Position numbers and translations under genes: made by a program. From positions 2,660 through 66,659 of the forward strand of contig DUFC01000029.1 in assembly GCA_011191875.1 (NCBI GenBank): a DNA stretch of 64,000 nt, given 5' to 3'. A model generated the notes under the pieces. That model worked only from the letters and a program-made list of their open reading frames with translations, ran no database searches and was not told where the DNA came from. The DNA is from Dehalococcoidia bacterium. GTDB taxonomy: Bacteria > Chloroflexota > Dehalococcoidia > Dehalococcoidales > W498. Numbering within the stretch: the stretch's first letter is position 1; every line of letters starts with the position of its first letter. This document shows positions 55,202 through 64,000 of the stretch, in pieces.

Positions 55202-56296
55202 CCTTCTTCACCTACAATAGATCTGAGGTAGGCGGTTATGAAGTCATCCAACTCTCCATCTAATACAGCATCGGTATCGCTTGTTTCATAACTAGTCCTG
55301 TGGTCTTTTACCATCTTATACGGATGAAGGACATAGCTCCTAATCTGGTTGCCCCATCCAGCAGCTATACGCTTCCCCTTCAGCCTGGCTCTTTCCTCGG
55401 CTCTCCTAGCTAACTCTACCTCTAGCAGGCGAGCCTGGAGTATTCTTAAAGCAATTTCTTTGTTCTGGTACTGAGAACGCTCACTCTGACAGGTAGTCAC
55501 CAACCCCGTGGGAAGATGAGTTAACCTGACAGCGCTACTCGTCTTCTGCATATGCTGTCCACCTGGTCCACTAGACCTAAACACATCTACCCTCAAATCC
55601 TCTGGTTCTATCTTTACATCAATATCTGCTTCAGCTTCAGGCATAACCTCTACCAAAGCAAAAGAGGTATGTCGAGCATGGTCAGCATCAAAGGGAGAAA
55701 GACGAACCAGACGATGAACACCGTGTTCTGATTTCAAGTAGCCACAGGCATAATCACCGCTAACCTCAATAATGGCACTCTTTATCCCCGCCTCATCGCC
55801 TGGGGAAACATCTAATATCTCGGCCTTATAACCACGCCGCTCAGCCCAGCGTAGATACATCCTTACTAGCATCTGCACCCAATCTTGAGATTCTGTGCCT
55901 CCAGCTCCGGCATGAACCGCCAGGATAGCGCTTCTGGCATCATACTCACTGCTAAAAGCCATCTCTAGTTCCATCTTATCAAGGCAGGAAGCTACCTTTC
56001 CTATCTCTGACTGAATCTCTTCATTAAGGACGGCATCTTCCTCAGCTAGCGGGATTAATTCAGTAATGTCAGTCACCTTTTTCTCCAACTCTCGCCACTC
56101 TTGCACTACCTTCTTCTGCGCAGATAAAAGACACATAACATCTTGCGCTCTAGTCTGGTCTAACCAAAAGTCAGGCTGGGCAGTCTCTTTCTCTAATCTG
56201 GCAATCTTCTCCTCCTTGCCAATAATGTCAAAGATGCACCAGTGCCATAGAAATTCTCGCCTGCAAATCGCTTAGTATGTCCCTCAACTCCTGCAT
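55198..56296 (-). CDS. prfB: peptide chain release factor 2, requires programmed +1 frameshift
   Basis: Frame 0 is MQELRDILSDLQARISMALVHL then TGA. The +1 frame continues DIIGKEEKIARLE...SPF..., ..SGPGGQH.., giving 365 aa in total. Length is 1099 nt = 3n+1. Confidence 0.92.
56227..56233 (-). other. RF2 autoregulatory +1 frameshift site CTT TGA C
   Basis: The exact heptamer CTTTGAC is on the minus strand at the junction of the two prfB frames. Confidence 0.9.
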
Positions 56297-56305
56297 TTAT
56301 CCTCC

Positions 56306-57037
56306 CTACATTTTTCTACTTGAAAACTTTCCTTGATAGCCTGCTCCAAGTGTTAAAGTATCCTTTTCTCGCCCCAGATTTCCTCCAGCCGCTAGATGGG
56401 CAAGTCGCGTAGGCTCGGGTAGACGATAACCACAGCCACACTTCAAAACCCAGTGAATAGCAGTTTGAAGGTCAATTTTATGACCTATAGAAACATAAAT
56501 GGGCTTCACCCCGAGCTTGGTTCGCAGCGCCACCCCTATGGTCTCACCCTTATCTATTAGTTCAGTATAGCTGCCTGGCTCAACGCCGGGTTCCTCATGT
56601 TGCCCACAAAGCCGCGATTTAGCGCAACCAATTGTTGGCGTATTTAAAAGGAGCCCTAAGTGGGAGGCAAGGCCAAATCGCCGGGGGTGGGCAATTCCCT
56701 GACCATCAACTAAGATGAGGTCTGGGGTAATAGAAAGCTCTTGGCAAGCAGCTAGTGTTAGTGGTGACTCTCTGAATGAGAGAAGCCCAGGGATGTAAGG
56801 AAAATCAAGCCTTCTTTTTACTACTTTTGTTTCCACTAATCTAAGTTCGGGATAATCTAAGACAACCACAGCCGCTGTAGCCATCCCCTGTGCCTTTCCC
56901 GCTGATATATCCACACCTGCTATAAAACGGGGAGTGGTGACCTCACTATTCCTAGATACCTGTTCTGCCAGCCTCTGCTGTATGTCCAAAGCCTGAGTAG
57001 TACTAACCTGCCAGCTGTGCAATCTCTCCACTTTCAT
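56306..57037 (-). CDS. nfi: endonuclease V
   Basis: ..IAGVDIS.., ..FPYIPGLLSFRE.P.., ..L.VDGQGIAHPRRFG.ASHLG......TIGCAKS.L. Start taken at MKVERLH (57037). The track ORF extension to 57184 has no homology. Confidence 0.88.
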   Translation of the reverse strand: MKVERLHSWQVSTTQALDIQQRLAEQVSRNSEVTTPRFIAGVDISAGKAQGMATAAVVVLDYPELRLVETKVVKRRLDFPYIPGLLSFRESPLTLAACQELSITPDLILVDGQGIAHPRRFGLASHLGLLLNTPTIGCAKSRLCGQHEEPGVEPGSYTELIDKGETIGVALRTKLGVKPIYVSIGHKIDLQTAIHWVLKCGCGYRLPEPTRLAHLAAGGNLGREKDTLTLGAGYQGKFSSRKM

Positions 57038-57243
57038 ACCCCGATTATAGCCCCTATATAACCTTCTGACAACCACATGCAAATGAGATTGGTAGAGAAA
57101 AGACACGCTACCCCCAATGGTAACCAAGTTGACATTCCTATTCAACACAGCTAGTCTATAAGCTAGGGTTTGACCAAATTTCACCCCAGCAGCTTTTTAG
57201 GCTTTCGACCATGGTTTATTAAACCCAAAGGAGGGCAGAATAT

Positions 57244-57879
57244 ATGATAAGACAAACTCGTAGTCAACTGAAGTGGCTAGCTCGTTTAATAATCCCAGTT
57301 GTAGCTATCCTTCTTATTAGTGGCTGTATCCCGGCTAATCAACTGCCACTTATTTCTAGTCTTACTATTGATGAAGAACAGGTTAATCCTTCTGGCGACT
57401 GTCAGGTTAGGTGTATTGCCTCAGACCCAGATGAAGATGAATTAAGCTATACCTGGTCTGCAAGCGGAGGGAAGTTCTCCGGAGAAGGAGCTATTGTCAC
57501 CTGGATTGCTCCTGAGGAAGTTGGTGCTTACACCATCACAGTTGAAGTAACAGATATTAGACGTGGCAAAGCAACGGCGCAACTGACCATTGATGTAGTT
57601 GTTAATCACCCTCCGGTTATTGAAAGTCTGACGGCTAAGCCATCACCGGTGAGACAAGGTAAGACCAGTACTATCGAGTGTGTTGCCTCTGACCTGAATG
57701 GAGACGAACTCAGCTACTTGTGGTCACCAGCTCAAGGGAATATTACCGGAGAAGGCGCTACTGTTACTTGGACAGCACCTAACGCCTGCGGGACCTCTAT
57801 TATTACGGTTACCGTAGCCGATGGCAGGGGCGGTGAGGTGAGCGAGGAGCTTGAAATCAAGGTGATAAAACCCGGCTGA
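57244..57879 (+). CDS. lipoprotein with two tandem Ig-like (PKD-like) repeats
   Basis: Signal peptide with lipobox LLISGC. Two ~90-aa repeats share ..C.ASD..GDELSY.WS...G...GEGA.VTW.AP...G...ITV.V.D. Confidence 0.6.
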   Translation: MIRQTRSQLKWLARLIIPVVAILLISGCIPANQLPLISSLTIDEEQVNPSGDCQVRCIASDPDEDELSYTWSASGGKFSGEGAIVTWIAPEEVGAYTITVEVTDIRRGKATAQLTIDVVVNHPPVIESLTAKPSPVRQGKTSTIECVASDLNGDELSYLWSPAQGNITGEGATVTWTAPNACGTSIITVTVADGRGGEVSEELEIKVIKPG

Positions 57880-58095
57880 GGCTAAGATGGGACCTGGACG
57901 GCCCCGGGATGCTAAGATTAATCAAAAGTGAGTTAAGGCAATTACACAGCAGAGACAAGTTTATCGTTCTCTACTATTGACGAAGCTACTGAAAGTATAA
58001 GCATTGTAGTGAGTTGTGGGCACAAGTAAAGGTAATGCAAGCTACAAAATTGTATGTAATGGAGGGACAGGAAGAAGATTCCCAGTCAACTGTAG

Positions 58096-58704
58096 ATGGC
58101 TAGCGCAATTCTCGCCTTTTTAAAAGAGGTCGGGTTAAGTTTTATCCCCCTTTTTATAGCTGTCGATGCTATCGGCGTCCTGCCTTTCATATTATCCTTG
58201 ACTCAGGATATGGACCCTGCAGAACGACCGAGGACAATTCGCTACGCCATGCTCACTGCTTTCGCACTGGGCTTGGTATTTATCGCTATCGGGCAAGGCC
58301 TATTTGTTGTACTCGGTTTTGCCGTTGGCGACTTTTTGATAGCTGGAGGGCTGGTTCTTCTAGTCTTGGCTATCAGGCATTTGACAACCGGCAAATTAGT
58401 AGAGCTTCAACCAAATGTTTCCAAACGGATGATTGGGGTGGTACCCATAGGAACACCCCTGGTGGTGGGACCAGCAGTTCTGACCACATTACTCCTTCTA
58501 ACCCAGCAGTATTCTCTTCCCGCTGTAATAATTTCTTTCCTGTTCAATATGGCATTTGCCTGGCTTGTCTTTACCCAGGCGAACAGGGTAGCTCGCCTGT
58601 TGCGAGAGCAAGGACTTCGGGCAGTGTCCCAAATAGCCGGCCTACTTTTAGCAGCTATAGCAGTGATGATGATTCGTAAAGGTGTTTTTGAAATCTTGGC
58701 GTGA
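58096..58704 (+). CDS. marC: MarC-family (UPF0056) integral membrane protein
   Basis: ..F..LF...D.IG..P.F..LT.., six hydrophobic segments, length about 200 aa. Confidence 0.75.
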   Translation: MASAILAFLKEVGLSFIPLFIAVDAIGVLPFILSLTQDMDPAERPRTIRYAMLTAFALGLVFIAIGQGLFVVLGFAVGDFLIAGGLVLLVLAIRHLTTGKLVELQPNVSKRMIGVVPIGTPLVVGPAVLTTLLLLTQQYSLPAVIISFLFNMAFAWLVFTQANRVARLLREQGLRAVSQIAGLLLAAIAVMMIRKGVFEILA

Positions 58705-58733
58705 GAGCTTGAAACACCAAATTTTAACTGCCA

Positions 58734-58763
58734 TTGACAGCCAATACAGTTTTAGCGCATAAT
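58734..58763 (+). promoter_or_regulatory. candidate promoter of the rpsP-KH-rimM operon
   Basis: TTGACA (58734-58739), 18-nt spacer, CATAAT (58758-58763). Confidence 0.35.
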
Positions 58764-58800
58764 AGCCTAAATATTCAGACTAAAAAAGAGGCTGGTAAAA

Positions 58801-59070
58801 ATGGTAAAGATTAGGTTGCGACGGGTAGGTGCTAAAAAAAGACCGAGTTATCGAGTTGTAGTAGCCGATGTGCGAGCTCCCCGGGATGGGGCGTTCATTG
58901 CTACTATAGGACACTATAATCCTTTAACCGACCCAGAAACGGTGGTTGTAGATGAAGAGAAAGCCCTGAACTGGCTCAGGCAAGGGGCTCAGCCGACAGC
59001 TACTACTGCCAGATTACTATCAAAGCTAGGCATCATGGAAAAGTTCAAAGCAACCAAGGAGAAAACATGA
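58801..59070 (+). CDS. rpsP: 30S ribosomal protein S16
   Basis: [27 protein letters not shown]...G.YNP. Confidence 0.95.
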   Translation: MVKIRLRRVGAKKRPSYRVVVADVRAPRDGAFIATIGHYNPLTDPETVVVDEEKALNWLRQGAQPTATTARLLSKLGIMEKFKATKEKT

Positions 59071-59294
59071 AAGAAGTAATAGAATACATCGCCAAATCAA
59101 TTGTCAATCTACCTGATGAGGTAATAGTTACCGAGGAAACCACCGAAGAGGGTGTAATAATTAAGTTACAAGTTGCCGAAGAGGATAAAGGGAGAGTTAT
59201 CGGCAAACAAGGTCGAGTGGCTGAAGCCATGCGCACCTTGATCAGGGTGAAAGCAGCTAAGCAAGGCACCAGAGCTACCCTAGAGATTATCTAG
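59067..59294 (+). CDS. KH-domain RNA-binding protein (UPF0109/YlqC)
   Basis: ..L...VA.ED.G.VIGKQGR.A.A.RTL.., in the conserved position between rpsP and rimM. Confidence 0.85.
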   Translation: MKEVIEYIAKSIVNLPDEVIVTEETTEEGVIIKLQVAEEDKGRVIGKQGRVAEAMRTLIRVKAAKQGTRATLEII

Positions 59295-59324
59295 GAATAA
59301 CTCACTGAGCCACCCAGAATTGGG

Positions 59325-59831
59325 ATGAAATCATCTGAGCCGGAATTTATAACTATTGGTAAAATTCTAGCTCCTTGGGGGATTAAGGGTAAACTAAAGG
59401 TAAAGGTAGTAACCGATTTCCCTCAGCGTTTTACCCCTTGTTCAAAGATCTATATTAAGCGTCAGCCTATGACCATTGACAGCACCCATTGGCACAAGGG
59501 GAAGGCAATTATTAAGCTTAACACCATTGATTGTATTGAAGAAGCTCAACGGCTTAACGAGCAACCTGTAGAAATACATCATAGCCAGCTTGAGCCTCTG
59601 CCTGAAGGGCAATACTACCATTTTCAACTCATCGGGCTAGAGGTATGGACAACCCAAGGTGTACTATTAGGAAATATCACGGAGATTCTAGCCGCAGCCA
59701 GTAATGATACCTATATAATCAGCAGTGCTAAAGGAGAAATACTTATTCCTGCCATTGAGGACGTAGTAAAATCCATTGACATTAATAAAGGACGGATAAC
59801 TATCGAGGTAATTGAGGGACTACTGACTTGA
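59325..59831 (+). CDS. rimM: 16S rRNA processing protein RimM
   Basis: ..I.IGKI..P.GIKG.LKV...TDFP.RF.., PRC barrel ..YY..L.GL.V. Confidence 0.9.
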   Translation: MKSSEPEFITIGKILAPWGIKGKLKVKVVTDFPQRFTPCSKIYIKRQPMTIDSTHWHKGKAIIKLNTIDCIEEAQRLNEQPVEIHHSQLEPLPEGQYYHFQLIGLEVWTTQGVLLGNITEILAAASNDTYIISSAKGEILIPAIEDVVKSIDINKGRITIEVIEGLLT

Positions 59832-59850
59832 ATCAAAAGGCCAATTAAGT

Positions 59851-60273
59851 CTAGGTTCCTAGCTTTCTTTTTCTCCTCTTCTCCGCCACTTTGAGGCGAG
59901 CGAGCGAACGTCGTAGTGCTGCCTCAACCCGAGCAGCATCAACCGCAGGTGGATGGTGACTAAGTTGCTCCTGAGCTCGGCGCTTTGCTTCTTCAGCCCG
60001 GGCTATATCAATTTCCTCAGACCTCTCAGCAGCATCAGCCAGAACTATTACCCGGTCAGGTCGCACCTCAAGAAAGCCCCCAGAAATAACTATGAAGAAT
60101 TCCTCCCCACCCTTCCTTACCCGCAGTTCACCTACTTCTAAGGTGGTCATCAAAGGGGCGTGATGCGGTAAAATCCCCAGTTGACCTTCAATGCCTGGGG
60201 CAACAAGTATATCCACCTCCTCTGCAAAAACCACCCCCTCAGCGGTAACAATATCAAGCTTTATACTAGACAT
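59851..60273 (-). CDS. atpC: F0F1 ATP synthase subunit epsilon
   Basis: ..L.IVT.EG.VF.....V.V.APG.EG.LGILP.HAPL.T.L..G. Confidence 0.9.
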   Translation of the reverse strand: MSSIKLDIVTAEGVVFAEEVDILVAPGIEGQLGILPHHAPLMTTLEVGELRVRKGGEEFFIVISGGFLEVRPDRVIVLADAAERSEEIDIARAEEAKRRAQEQLSHHPPAVDAARVEAALRRSLARLKVAEKRRKRKLGT

Positions 60274-60278
60274 TCAAC

Positions 60279-61679
<1,401 letters not shown>

Positions 61680-61684
61680 CTAAC

Positions 61685-62542
61685 TTAAACCAGAGCGGCA
61701 GCCCCGCCAGTAATATCAAGAAGCTCCTTAGTAATTGCCTCCTGCCGTGCCTTATTGTATATCAGGGTTAAATCTTCAATAAGCTCATTGGCATTATCGG
61801 TAGCATTTCGCATCGCTACCATTCTAGCTGATTGCTCGCTGGCTATAGACTCCAGAATAGCATGATATACCTGCATCTCTACAAATCGCGGTAAAAGCTC
61901 ACCTAACACCACCTCAGGGCTTGGTTCATATATATAATCCACATTCTGCGCCGTGGGTATAGCTGCCGGCTCAACCGGAAGTATCTGCTGTAAAATTGGT
62001 CTCTGGACCATTGTGGAAATGAATTGAGCATAGACTAAATAAACCAAATCTATAACACCATTAGTATAATCATCTATAATAATATGGGATATGGGTAAGG
62101 TATCAAGGAAACTTGGTTGGTCACCAAGCTGGGTAAACTCAGCCCGAATATCCCGACCATATCGTCTCATAAAATCAATCCCCTTGCGCCCAATAACAAT
62201 AAGGGTAACCGGCACACTTTGCTCCAGTATGAAGCCTGCTGTTTTACGATTAATATTGGAATGAAGCCCGCCACACAAACCACGGTCAGGGGTGATATGC
62301 ACTACAGCAACTTTAGTCACCGGTCGGCGCTGTAGCAAGGGGTGCGCCAGCTTACCTTCCTGAGGTAGAGCCGCTAGGTCGGCTATCACTTGATATATCT
62401 TCTCTGAATAAGGCCGCCCCGCCAAGCCTCGCTCCTGGGCTCGCCTCATCTTTGAGGTGGCTATCATCTCCATAGCCCTGGTAATCTTGGCTGTGCTCCG
62501 AATGCCGCGTATCCGGCGGCGAATTAAGCGAATATTAGCCAT
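61685..62542 (-). CDS. atpG: F0F1 ATP synthase subunit gamma
   Basis: MANIR.I.RRI....T.KIT.AM.M.A..K.RRAQ.., C-terminal ..ARQ..IT.EL.DI..GA.A. Confidence 0.93.
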   Translation of the reverse strand: MANIRLIRRRIRGIRSTAKITRAMEMIATSKMRRAQERGLAGRPYSEKIYQVIADLAALPQEGKLAHPLLQRRPVTKVAVVHITPDRGLCGGLHSNINRKTAGFILEQSVPVTLIVIGRKGIDFMRRYGRDIRAEFTQLGDQPSFLDTLPISHIIIDDYTNGVIDLVYLVYAQFISTMVQRPILQQILPVEPAAIPTAQNVDYIYEPSPEVVLGELLPRFVEMQVYHAILESIASEQSARMVAMRNATDNANELIEDLTLIYNKARQEAITKELLDITGGAAALV

Positions 62543-62564
62543 TCCTTGACCTCACCCCTTCAGT

Positions 62565-64000
62565 CTACCCCAAAAAGCCCTGTTTAAACTCCGTAATAGC
62601 TGCCTTTAAAGCCTCTTCAATATCAGTCGTAATCTCTTTTTCCCCGGCGATACGCTCACCTATCCCCGGGTGATTTGCCTCCATAAACCTATGGAAATCA
62701 GTTTCAAAGGCAGTAACCTTATCTGTAACTACATCATCAAGATAACCGTTAATAGCCGCATACAGAATCATAACCTGCTTTTCCAGTGACATAGGGACAT
62801 ACTGAGATTGCTTTAAGATTTCAGTAAGTCGCTGACCACGCTCCAACTGAGCTCTAGTTGATTTATCCAGTTCAGTAGTGCCAAATTGAGCAAAAGCAGC
62901 TAGCTCCCGATACTGAGCTAACTCCAGTCTAAGCCTACCCGCTACTTGCTTCATTGCCTTGGTTTGGGCGGCACTTCCTACCCTAGACACTGATAAGCCA
63001 ACATTTAATGCTGGTCTGATACCAGCATTAAACAGGTCTGTTTCCACATAAATCTGACCATCAGTAATAGAGATAACATTAGTTGGGATATAGGCAGCTA
63101 CATCACCAGCCTGAGTTTCAATAATAGGTAGCGCGGTAAGAGAACCACCACCATGTTCAGAGTCATACTTAGCCGCCCTCTCAAGTAAGCGACTGTGTAA
63201 ATAAAAAACATCACCGGGGTAGGCTTCGCGCCCCGGCGGTCGATGTAGTAATAACGAAAGCTGCCGATAAGCCCAAGCGTGCTTGGAAAGGTCATCATAG
63301 ATAACTAAGGCATCCCTCCCCTGCTCCATAAACTCCTCGCCCATGGCACAGCCAGCATAAGGAGCAAGATATTGCAAGGCAACCGAATCAGAGGCATCAG
63401 CAGTAACTACAATAGTATGCTCCATAGCTCCATAACTTTCTAAAGCAGCTACCACTCGCGCCACCTTGGATGTTTTCTGCCCAATGGCAACATAGACGCA
63501 GATTAAATCGCCACTCCTCTGGTTGATAATGGTATCAAGGGCAATAGCTGTCTTGCCTGTGGAACGGTCACCAATAATAAGCTCCCTCTGCCCCCGACCT
63601 AAAGGAATCATACTATCTATAGCTTTAATCCCCGTTTGCACCGGAGTATTTACTGGCTTACGCAGTGTAACACTGGGGGCAACACGCTCCAAAGGTCGAG
63701 TGTTATCAGTCTTAATTGCACCCTTACCATCAAGGGGATAACCTAAGGCGTTAACAACCCTACCAATAAGAGCCTCGCCTACAGGTACCGCAGCAATCTG
63801 ACCTGTGCTCCGCACCTCATCCCCCTCCTTAATCCCACTGTAATCACCCAGGATAACGGCAGCCACATTATCTTCTTCCAAGTTCAGAGCAATCCCCATA
63901 ACCTCATTAGGAAACTGAAGAAGCTCATTATACTTAGCTCCAGCCAGCCCGTGAATCCTGGCGATACCATCACTGACCTCAATCACTATACCCACATCCA
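62565..64000 (-). CDS. atpA: F0F1 ATP synthase subunit alpha (N-terminus beyond window end)
   Basis: ..[17 protein letters not shown].., ..DDLSKHA.AYR..SLLL.RPPGREA.PGDVFY.HSRLLER. The reading frame is still open at position 64000. Confidence 0.95.
   Translation of the reverse strand, partial: DVGIVIEVSDGIARIHGLAGAKYNELLQFPNEVMGIALNLEEDNVAAVILGDYSGIKEGDEVRSTGQIAAVPVGEALIGRVVNALGYPLDGKGAIKTDNTRPLERVAPSVTLRKPVNTPVQTGIKAIDSMIPLGRGQRELIIGDRSTGKTAIALDTIINQRSGDLICVYVAIGQKTSKVARVVAALESYGAMEHTIVVTADASDSVALQYLAPYAGCAMGEEFMEQGRDALVIYDDLSKHAWAYRQLSLLLHRPPGREAYPGDVFYLHSRLLERAAKYDSEHGGGSLTALPIIETQAGDVAAYIPTNVISITDGQIYVETDLFNAGIRPALNVGLSVSRVGSAAQTKAMKQVAGRLRLELAQYRELAAFAQFGTTELDKSTRAQLERGQRLTEILKQSQYVPMSLEKQVMILYAAINGYLDDVVTDKVTAFETDFHRFMEANHPGIGERIAGEKEITTDIEEALKAAITEFKQGFLG

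Noticed and set aside
59832-59850. Missing trmD-rplS after rpsP-KH-rimM as a sign of rearrangement
   Set aside because: Operon splitting here is common across phyla. There are no scars, repeats or fragments at the 19-nt convergent junction with atpC.

Overview
This 64-kb window looks chromosomal and comes from what appears to be an anaerobic bacterium. The taxon guess (Chloroflexota/Dehalococcoidia-like) is inference only. It rests on the minimal SufBC, the COG1900 homocysteine pathway, rubrerythrin/rubredoxin-type genes and several intergenic repeat families. Coding density is high and most genes are housekeeping: dprA-topA-xerC, pepP-efp, aspS-tig-clpP, tgt, ruvX-alaS, acpS, yebC-ruvC-ruvA, nfi-prfB, rpsP-KH-rimM, atpAGDC and three tRNA-Ser isoacceptors. 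Other blocks: (i) the 3' end of an integrase abutting tandem tRNA-Ser genes, followed by an orphan protein with a HEPN-like C-terminus. (ii) A tight 7-gene sulfur-incorporation cluster at 14.7-19.6 kb: DUF3795, COG1900, NIL-ferredoxin, UPF0280, a permease with an embedded YHS domain, FdhD and CutA. (iii) A galU-glucokinase-otsB/otsA trehalose block. (iv) A roughly 17-kb redox/metal-stress region at 36.5-53.7 kb. It has two outward-facing gene strings on either side of a soluble Cys-rich GAF-PAS histidine kinase and an OmpR-type regulator. The kinase/regulator pair is bracketed by a roughly 215-bp inverted repeat. A 44-nt perfectly conserved core of that repeat abuts an outward promoter on each side. 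This mirrored-promoter arrangement is the most interesting thing I can see. Recurrent smaller themes: short diverged duplicates of gene termini (xerC 5' end, glutaredoxin 5' end, response-regulator 3' end, sod 3' end) that look like rearrangement or integration scars. Two genes have a conserved N-terminus reachable only from an ATA codon. An HPP gene is frameshifted in a C5 run. prfB has the classical +1 frameshift. At least four intergenic repeat families are present. No CRISPR array, rRNA, transposase or recognisable defence operon was seen. All family assignments are from reading the translations by eye and need HMM/BLAST confirmation.
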